Origin: a virus
DNA length: 64,000 nucleotides
Virus record (IMG/VR): IMGVR_UViG_3300025405_000009
Coordinates: 96,001-160,000 of that record
Direction: 5' to 3' (one strand)
Position 1 is the first letter of the stretch. Every line of letters starts with the position of its first letter. The notes beneath the pieces were generated by a model. That model had not been told where the DNA came from. It made no database searches and saw nothing but the letters and a program-made list of their open reading frames with translations. Both the position numbers and the translations under genes were made by a program. Below are positions 47,470 to 53,527 of this stretch, one piece after another.

Positions 47470-47949
47470 GACTAGGCGCAAGTCTTAAAAGCTAAAAGAC
47501 TCCCGCGATAGGTGATAGCGAAGCATTCGGCCGAGTGAACGTGTAGCCTATAAGATAAATCTCCGTGAAAGCGAATGAGGTTTTCTAGTCATACAAATTA
47601 AGTTCCCACGTTGTAGGTATAATCCGTGGGAGAGATACGTTGAGTTGTCTGTTGGTATGTTAGTAGACGTATTTTCATAGGAGGAGCCAAAAACTTACAT
47701 ACAGCTACGATCCCTTGCTTTAATAAACACAGACTGGTCGACGAGCTGGCTCCATGCCGGCACTCGATGAGGAGAGAACAAAATCCGGAACAAAAGCTTT
47801 TCAAACACCACAAATTTTCATATAATGCTACCATGATGTCGGTCTCAAGTCCGAGCGATAGGAGATGGCCTCTCCTACGAAACGCAGAGAGAATGAAAAC
47901 ATAGACTGCAGTCTGCCCCTATTACCCTGATCAGGTAGTAGGGGTTTTC
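47470..47949 (+). ncRNA. Candidate large structured ncRNA (~480 nt)
   Basis: No plus-strand ORF in the track, GC-richer than flanking intergenic DNA, at least 8 helices, own promoter, terminal hairpin. Confidence 0.7.
47916..47948 (+). terminator. Terminator-like hairpin closing the ncRNA candidate
   Basis: CCCCTATTACC/GGTAGTAGGGG stem followed by TTTT. Confidence 0.7.
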
Positions 47950-47976
47950 TGTGTTCTAGAATGATTAAATAATTAT

Positions 47977-48105
47977 ATGCTCGATCCACTGGAAGCTGCT
48001 ATGGTGGGTTTATTTACTTTAGGTTTTATAACAGCTTATGCTATAATGTATTCTACTAAGTTGGTAACTTTACTTGCAAAGTATTTTAAGGGAATCAAAA
48101 AATAA
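47977..48105 (+). CDS. Small membrane peptide (MLDPLEAAMVGLF..., 42 aa)
   Basis: Manually found; TAAATA 5 nt upstream; one TM and a basic tail. Confidence 0.55.
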   Translation: MLDPLEAAMVGLFTLGFITAYAIMYSTKLVTLLAKYFKGIKK

Positions 48106-48108
48106 TTC

Positions 48109-48137
48109 TTGAATTCCTTTTCGAGTGCCCATATTAT
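48109..48137 (+). promoter_or_regulatory. Sigma70-like promoter
   Basis: TTGAAT-N17-TATTAT, 9 nt before the ATG at 48147. Confidence 0.6.
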
Positions 48138-48146
48138 AAAGGGGTA

Positions 48147-49250
48147 ATGAGCACAACAAACACACTAGACAAGTTCGTCGCCAAGAGCAACGATATTCGC
48201 CAGACGCTGCAAGGTTATACCCTCGCTCCTCTGGATATTGAGTCCATCGAGAAGAACGGAAATAACTTCTCTTACAATAACAACCGCCTATCCAGTACAT
48301 CTCTTAAGAGTCTCCTTGGAGTTCTTGGAGTTAAGGATCAGCTCGTTAACGAGATTAAGGATGACAGCTCTCAGTGGGCTCCTCTCCATAATGCTCTTAC
48401 GAACATTAAGAAGAACAAGCGTGTAACCGCGATTGTTAATAACCACAACAATGAGATTGTTAATCTCTTCGATCGCCCTATCAAGGAAGAGCGTCAGATT
48501 GACCTCTCAGCTGGTCTCCGTTATACAGAGGCCTTCTTGAAGGACAACGAGAATAATCTCGAACTTCGTGACTTTAACTTTGATCCTACTAACATTAGTA
48601 TTGGAATTAACTTCAAGAACCCTGATTCTGATATTGACGTATTCGGAGATGGTCATGATATGTGGAAGGGTGGTTTTGGAATGAACTTCTCTCTCAACAA
48701 GTCTCAGTTCTATCCCTATCTCCTCCGTTTGGTTTGCTCCAATGGAATGACCGCTGTTCATCGTATGGCCCAGCGTTTCATCGATAGTGCTGACTTCAGT
48801 CAGAAGACCTTCGATACTCAGGTTCGTAAGTTCCTAACTGGTGACGCTCTTCGTCAGGAGATTACGTCAAGTGCTAATCGCCTTAGGGATAACAATGCCT
48901 CCCTTAGAGAATTCAATGCTGCTCGTAGTATTACGATGAAGTATGATAAGGAGCTAGCAGTAACTGCTTTCTCTGATCACGAGATTCGTTCACGGTATAA
49001 AGAGGTCGGTATTGATCTTAATAAATCGAAGGGTACTCGTTGGCAGTCAACGGCTAACTCGAACGTTAATGCTTACGATCTCTTTAATAAGATCACAAAC
49101 GTTGCTACTCACAGTGTCTCTGACGAGAACGTAGCATTCAGGATGGAGCTCAACCGACTTGCCTCTGAGTTGTTCTTCAAGGGACCAGACTTCGCTTCAA
49201 TCGCACCGGATCCATTCCGTGAGGTTGCACCAGCAAATCTTAACGCCTAA
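48147..49250 (+). CDS. DUF932-like phage protein
   Basis: YLLRLVCSNGM hallmark, NAYDLFNKITNVATH; host-like codon usage. Confidence 0.7.
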   Translation: MSTTNTLDKFVAKSNDIRQTLQGYTLAPLDIESIEKNGNNFSYNNNRLSSTSLKSLLGVLGVKDQLVNEIKDDSSQWAPLHNALTNIKKNKRVTAIVNNHNNEIVNLFDRPIKEERQIDLSAGLRYTEAFLKDNENNLELRDFNFDPTNISIGINFKNPDSDIDVFGDGHDMWKGGFGMNFSLNKSQFYPYLLRLVCSNGMTAVHRMAQRFIDSADFSQKTFDTQVRKFLTGDALRQEITSSANRLRDNNASLREFNAARSITMKYDKELAVTAFSDHEIRSRYKEVGIDLNKSKGTRWQSTANSNVNAYDLFNKITNVATHSVSDENVAFRMELNRLASELFFKGPDFASIAPDPFREVAPANLNA

Positions 49251-49263
49251 GTAAATAAAGTAA

Positions 49264-49312
49264 ACCGGGCGGGCCTCTGCACATGCAAGCTATCTCACGC
49301 CCGGTCTTTATT
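49264..49312 (+). terminator. Hairpin (terminator or processing signal)
   Basis: ACCGGGCG/CGCCCGGT stem followed by CTTTATTT. Confidence 0.55.
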
Positions 49313-49313
49313 T

Positions 49314-49388
49314 GGAGATGTAGCATAATGGCAATGCACTTCTTTGCCAAAGAAGATACTGCCGGTTCGAGCCCGGTCATCTCCTCCA
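49314..49388 (+). tRNA. tRNA-Gly(GCC)
   Basis: GGAGATG/CATCTCC-T-CCA; CTTCT-TTGCCAA-AGAAG. Confidence 0.95.
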
Positions 49389-49391
49389 TAC

Positions 49392-49466
49392 GGTCTCATC
49401 GTCTAACGGCTAGGACACGCGGTTTTCATCCGCGTAATCGGAGTTCGAGTCTCCGTGAGACTGCCA
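49392..49466 (+). tRNA. tRNA-Glu(TTC)
   Basis: GGTCTCA/TGAGACT-G-CCA; CGCGG-TTTTCAT-CCGCG. Confidence 0.95.
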
Positions 49467-49486
49467 GGAAACAATAAATAATACTG

Positions 49487-50062
49487 ATGTTAACGTTTGA
49501 ACAGTATTTTAATCAATCTGAATCACCAGTTGTTATAGTTGGTGGTATTCATGGTGATGAACCAGCTGGTAATATAGCTGCTAAAAAATATCAAGGTAGA
49601 GAAGGTATTATTGTAATAGCTGACGTTAATACAACTGGAGAGAGAAGACTAGATGGAGTAGATCCAAATAGACATTTTGACAAAAAAGATTCTCTCCCAA
49701 TTGAGGATGAAATCTTAGCTAAAATTGAAGAGTTAAAACCAAGGTTAGTTATCGCACTTCATGAAGATGATATAACAGATGAAGTTTATGCGTATTGTTC
49801 TCCAGGTATGAAAGATAAAGTTCAAGCTGTTTTAGCTGAATTAGGAGTACCGTTAGCAAAAACGGCAATAGGAGACAAAGCAGATAAGGGTGTTATTGCC
49901 CGTGGTCATTTACCAACAGCAGGAACACTTGAGAAAGCATTGAGAAAACGTGATATCCCTAGTGTAACCATAGAGACACCTATTAAGTCATATAGCTTAG
50001 AGGATAGAGTGAAGTTACAAATACAAATAGTAAACGGATTACTTAAATCTGTTAATAGATAA
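49487..50062 (+). CDS. M14-like Zn peptidase/deacylase (AstE/AspA/MpaA-like) with capsid-targeting-like N-terminus
   Basis: GGIHGDEPAG, RR.DGVDPNRHF, ALHED, TIET; N-terminus MLTFEQYFNQSE. Confidence 0.8.
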   Translation: MLTFEQYFNQSESPVVIVGGIHGDEPAGNIAAKKYQGREGIIVIADVNTTGERRLDGVDPNRHFDKKDSLPIEDEILAKIEELKPRLVIALHEDDITDEVYAYCSPGMKDKVQAVLAELGVPLAKTAIGDKADKGVIARGHLPTAGTLEKALRKRDIPSVTIETPIKSYSLEDRVKLQIQIVNGLLKSVNR

Positions 50063-50210
50063 GCCTTCTTAAATCTAATAGCTTAAAGTCTACTTCCTTA
50101 CCGTAACGCTCTTCAAGTTTTTTTATAGCATCTTCTTTTGAGATAGCCGTAACATTAAGAATTACAGGATTCTTATCTGTTATTACCTCAAAAATATATT
50201 CCGTTAGCAT
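50052..50210 (-). CDS. Small hypothetical protein (MLTEYIFEV..., 52 aa)
   Basis: Manually found; shares a palindromic TAAATATTTA promoter with 50228. Confidence 0.5.
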   Translation of the reverse strand: MLTEYIFEVITDKNPVILNVTAISKEDAIKKLEERYGKEVDFKLLDLRRLIY

Positions 50211-50227
50211 ATGATTAAATATTTAAT

Positions 50228-50500
50228 GTGCAGATTACGAAAAATGCCATTGAAATTTGTGGGTTCCTTATGTCTTTATGTTGGTCAATAAGTTGGTTTC
50301 CTCAGCTCTATAAGCTTTTTAAAACAAAATCAGCACATGATTTTTCTCCATGGATGTTATTTTTAGTTCTCACAGGGTATATCTTTGCAATGCTTTACCT
50401 GTTCAATACAAGCTTTCAACTCTGGTTATTTGTAAATTATTGTTTTGGCATTATTTGTTATATTATTACATTATTTTTTTATTTTCGTTATAAAAAATAA
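50228..50500 (+). CDS. SemiSWEET/PQ-loop membrane protein
   Basis: SWFPQLYKLFKTKSAHDFSPWM; three TM helices; 90 aa. Confidence 0.8.
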   Translation: MQITKNAIEICGFLMSLCWSISWFPQLYKLFKTKSAHDFSPWMLFLVLTGYIFAMLYLFNTSFQLWLFVNYCFGIICYIITLFFYFRYKK

Positions 50501-50534
50501 TTGATTTATACAATATTATCTATATACTTTATAT

Positions 50535-51146
50535 ATGAAGTGGTTACTAATCTTGTTGCTAAGCCTAGCATCACTTAAAGCACAGACCTCTGTAGCGTAT
50601 TCTCCAGTCTATGGATATGATACAATGTCCTTTCCTGGTGGATGGTGTCTAGTAACTAACCCGTTTATTAATCCTCCTATCTATAGTGGCAATGCTATAG
50701 TAGATGGAGAGACATTTACAATTAATAATGTCATAACAAATAATATTATAGACATTCCTCATTATATAGAAGTTACAAGTACAAACTATAATGGATATGT
50801 TTTTGATATAACTACAAATACACAAAACATTATTACAGCTACAAATGTACCAGCTGAGCTTCAAGGACAAACTTTAGCAATTAGTATTAGACAACATACT
50901 ACTCTTCAACAGTTTGTTTCTAATTCTACAGGATTTCAAGACTACTCTGATGCTCTCTCTACCCCTGATGGTAATGGAGGGTGTGTAACGTACATTTATA
51001 TTTCAAACGGAATAGTAGCTGGAGACTTTGTAACACCAGCTGATAATACTATTCTCTATCCAGGGGAAGGACTAATTATCAATAATAGTGGAAATATTAG
51101 CTTTACCTTTTGTGGAGAGCTAGTATATACTAATGATATCAAATAA
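50535..51146 (+). CDS. Secreted beta-rich protein resembling the Verrucomicrobia TIGR02597 family
   Basis: Signal peptide MKWLLILLLSLASLKA; SPVYGYDTMSFPGG..VTNPF, YIEV, IRQHTTL, ILYPGEG, FCGE. Confidence 0.55.
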   Translation: MKWLLILLLSLASLKAQTSVAYSPVYGYDTMSFPGGWCLVTNPFINPPIYSGNAIVDGETFTINNVITNNIIDIPHYIEVTSTNYNGYVFDITTNTQNIITATNVPAELQGQTLAISIRQHTTLQQFVSNSTGFQDYSDALSTPDGNGGCVTYIYISNGIVAGDFVTPADNTILYPGEGLIINNSGNISFTFCGELVYTNDIK

Positions 51147-51154
51147 CGGATAAA

Positions 51155-51194
51155 GGTTTATTGCACACATAAATAATAACGGATGCAATAAACC
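51155..51194 (+). promoter_or_regulatory. Hairpin with late promoter in its loop, gating the HNH gene
   Basis: GGTTTATTGCA/TGCAATAAACC perfect 11-bp stem; TAAATA at 51170-51175; ATG 3 nt after the stem. Confidence 0.7.
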
Positions 51195-51197
51195 ACT

Positions 51198-51710
51198 ATG
51201 AAATCTAAACTAGAACCTTTTAAAGAAGATGTAATAAAAATGTATGTTGATGAAAAATTAACATGCAAACAAATAGGATTAAAATTTAAAATAAGACCAG
51301 GGCCTGTTTCAAGTTTTCTTATTAAAAATAATGTAAAGCTACGTAATGCTGGTCAACAGAAAGGTAGACCCGGTACGAATAAAGGAAAGAAATTTGTAGA
51401 ACGTACATTGGCATACAATACACAACTTATTGAAAGCGGTGAATATAAAAAACTTCACGAAGCAGGTATAAGGAGCCGTATACGTAAATATCTAATTAAC
51501 AAATATGGACATAAATGTCAAATATGTGGTCTGTCTGAATGGAGAGGACATGCTATACCTCTTGTATGCGATCACATAGACGGATCTGCTAAAAATTGTG
51601 AATTAGAGAATTTTAGAGTGATTTGTAATAATTGCGACTCTATACTACCTACATATAAAGGTAAAAATAGAGGCAGAGGTAGAAAACTTAACGGGAGCGT
51701 GACTGAGTGA
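51198..51710 (+). CDS. HNH homing endonuclease with N-terminal HTH
   Basis: KCQICGLSEW...LVCDHIDG..KNCELENFRVICNNCDS..TYKGKN; overlaps the tRNA by 18 nt. Confidence 0.85.
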   Translation: MKSKLEPFKEDVIKMYVDEKLTCKQIGLKFKIRPGPVSSFLIKNNVKLRNAGQQKGRPGTNKGKKFVERTLAYNTQLIESGEYKKLHEAGIRSRIRKYLINKYGHKCQICGLSEWRGHAIPLVCDHIDGSAKNCELENFRVICNNCDSILPTYKGKNRGRGRKLNGSVTE

Positions 51711-51783
51711 TTTAAAGTGATCGATTACTAATCGATTGAACCCTAATAAGGTTCCGTGGGTTTGAATCCCACCGCTCCTTCCA
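51693..51783 (+). tRNA. Class II tRNA with anticodon ACT (putative tRNA-Ser for AGT)
   Basis: GGGAGCG/CGCTCCT-T-CCA; ATCGA-TTACTAA-TCGAT; variable arm GAACC/GGTTC; T arm GTGGG-TTTGAAT-CCCAC. Confidence 0.85.
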
Positions 51784-51828
51784 TTTTTTTTCTTGACTTA
51801 ATACTTAAATACTCTAATATAAATGAAT

Positions 51829-51919
51829 GGACAGGTGGCAGAGTTGGTCTATTGCATCTGACTTGAAATCAGAAGTACCCGAAAGGGTACCGTGGGTTCG
51901 AATCCTACCCTGTCCGCCA
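51829..51919 (+). tRNA. tRNA-Ser(TGA)
   Basis: GGACAGG/CCTGTCC-G-CCA; TCTGA-CTTGAAA-TCAGA; long variable arm. Confidence 0.95.
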
Positions 51920-51927
51920 ATTTTAAC

Positions 51928-52005
51928 GCGTAGATGGCTGAGTGGTCAAAGGCAATCCTCTGCAAAAGGATAAAATCGCCAGTTCAAATCTGGCTCTACG
52001 CTCCA
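51928..52005 (+). tRNA. tRNA-Cys(GCA)
   Basis: GCGTAGA/TCTACGC-T-CCA; ATCCT-CTGCAAA-AGGAT. Confidence 0.95.
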
Positions 52006-52016
52006 TAAATACTATT

Positions 52017-52190
52017 ATGACATTTAAAGAATACGTGACAGAAAAGAATATAGATAAACCACGTCATCCCGGTATTCTCAAACGCCAGGTTAAGGGCAAA
52101 TTAACCTGTTCAAAGGCTCGTAAATTAGAAGGTAAGGGCGGTCTAACCGCTAAAGCAGCTCGTCGCTATCAAAATTATCACTGCCAATAA
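52017..52190 (+). CDS. Small basic protein with capsid-targeting-like N-terminus (MTFKEYVTE)
   Basis: ATG 5 nt after TAAATA; the longer track ORF starts inside tRNA-Cys and is spurious upstream. Confidence 0.65.
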   Translation: MTFKEYVTEKNIDKPRHPGILKRQVKGKLTCSKARKLEGKGGLTAKAARRYQNYHCQ

Positions 52191-52197
52191 TATACAT

Positions 52198-52419
52198 ATG
52201 AAACAAAAATACTACACCTTACTTGCATACTTTTTTTATTACCTTGGAGATGTATTGTGGAAGATAATCTGTTGGACGGATTGGAATGAAATTACACGTA
52301 AGCTTATTTGCGGAGCGTGTTGGTCAGGATATCAAAAATCTATGAATATTTCATTAGATTATGATGAAAAAGCGGGTTACGTTGTGTGGAAAGAGTCAGA
52401 AAATAACCTTGATAATTAG
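52198..52419 (+). CDS. Hypothetical protein
   Basis: 73-aa ORF. Confidence 0.5.
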   Translation: MKQKYYTLLAYFFYYLGDVLWKIICWTDWNEITRKLICGACWSGYQKSMNISLDYDEKAGYVVWKESENNLDN

Positions 52420-52437
52420 GGGTATTTAGTCTATAAT
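52409..52437 (+). promoter_or_regulatory. Sigma70-like promoter of nrdBA
   Basis: TTGATA-N17-TATAAT. Confidence 0.65.
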
Positions 52438-52516
52438 TCTATTTAGAAAATATAAATTTTTCCTGTGATATCCTTCGAGATTATCACTAAAATTTTAATA
52501 AATTATACTGACACAT

Positions 52517-53491
52517 ATGGCAATCTTCGACGAACAAATATCACGCAAACCTAACAACTATAAATGGACAGAGGAATTCATCGAAGCTATGCATAATGGC
52601 TTCTGGACTGATAAGGAATTCAGTTTTAAATCCGATATACAACAATTTAAAGTAAATTTATCAGACCAAGAAAGAGAAGCTATTATTAGAGTATTATCGG
52701 CTATTGGTCAGATTGAAGTATCAATTAAGACTTTCTGGGCACGCTTAGGAGATAATCTACCACATCCCTCAATTTACGATCTTGGTTATGTGATGGCTAA
52801 TACTGAAGTTATTCATAATAATGCTTATGAACGTTTGCTTTCAGTACTTGGTTTAGAAGATATATTTGAAAAAAACTTAGAGCTCCCTTGGATTCAAGGT
52901 CGAGTGAAGTATCTTAAGAAGTATACAAAACGCTGTTTTAAGGATTCCAAGAAACAGTATCTTTATGCTATAACTCTTTTTACTCTTCTTCTTGAGAATG
53001 TATCTCTCTTTAGTCAGTTCTACGTCATTAATTGGTTTGCACGTTTTAAGAACGTTCTTAAGGATACCGATCAACAGGTAAAATACACAAGAAATGAAGA
53101 AAATATTCACGGTCTTGTTGGTACAAAGATTATTAATACAATCAGAGAAGAATATCCTGAGCTTTTTGATAAGGAATTAGAGGATAAGATTCTACATGAA
53201 GCCCATGAAGCATTTAAAGCAGAAGCTGAGATTGTAGATTGGATGCTTAACGGTATTGATGAAGAGAATCTTAATGCTCCTCTTCTTAAAGAGTTTATTA
53301 AGAACAGAATTAATCATTCTTTAGAAGGTATTGGCTTTCATAAACCATTCGAGGTTGATACAGAGTTATTAAAAGCATCAACATGGTTTGAGGAAGAACT
53401 TCACGGTAATAATATGGTCGACTTTTTTCATAGTAGGCCCACGGAATACGCAAAGAAAAATCAATCATTTTCAGAAGACGACCTATTCTAG
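52517..53491 (+). CDS. nrdB: Ribonucleotide reductase class Ia beta subunit
   Basis: FWT..EF, EVIHNNAY, ENVSLFSQF, RNEENIHG, DFFHSRPTEY. Confidence 0.95.
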   Translation: MAIFDEQISRKPNNYKWTEEFIEAMHNGFWTDKEFSFKSDIQQFKVNLSDQEREAIIRVLSAIGQIEVSIKTFWARLGDNLPHPSIYDLGYVMANTEVIHNNAYERLLSVLGLEDIFEKNLELPWIQGRVKYLKKYTKRCFKDSKKQYLYAITLFTLLLENVSLFSQFYVINWFARFKNVLKDTDQQVKYTRNEENIHGLVGTKIINTIREEYPELFDKELEDKILHEAHEAFKAEAEIVDWMLNGIDEENLNAPLLKEFIKNRINHSLEGIGFHKPFEVDTELLKASTWFEEELHGNNMVDFFHSRPTEYAKKNQSFSEDDLF

Positions 53492-53527
53492 TTGTTATCT
53501 ATAAACTAGCTATTAATATAAAACTAT

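Noticed and set aside
47598-47834. Minus-strand 78-aa ORF
   Set aside because: Antisense to the structured ncRNA candidate; no promoter motif and composition unlike phage proteins.
47470-47949. Calling the large ncRNA RNase P or a group I intron
   Set aside because: The conserved RNase P GAGGAAAGUCC and group I P7 signatures were not found by eye, and no interrupted host gene flanks it; left unassigned pending cmscan.
49283-49477. Plus-strand 64-aa ORF
   Set aside because: Overlaps tRNA-Gly and tRNA-Glu.
51725-51731. Reading the TTACTAA loop as a CTA amber suppressor (recoded phage)
   Set aside because: The stem register puts ACT at 34-36 with U33; CTA would need A33 and break the stem. 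Long ORFs translate intact in code 11, and some end in TAG.
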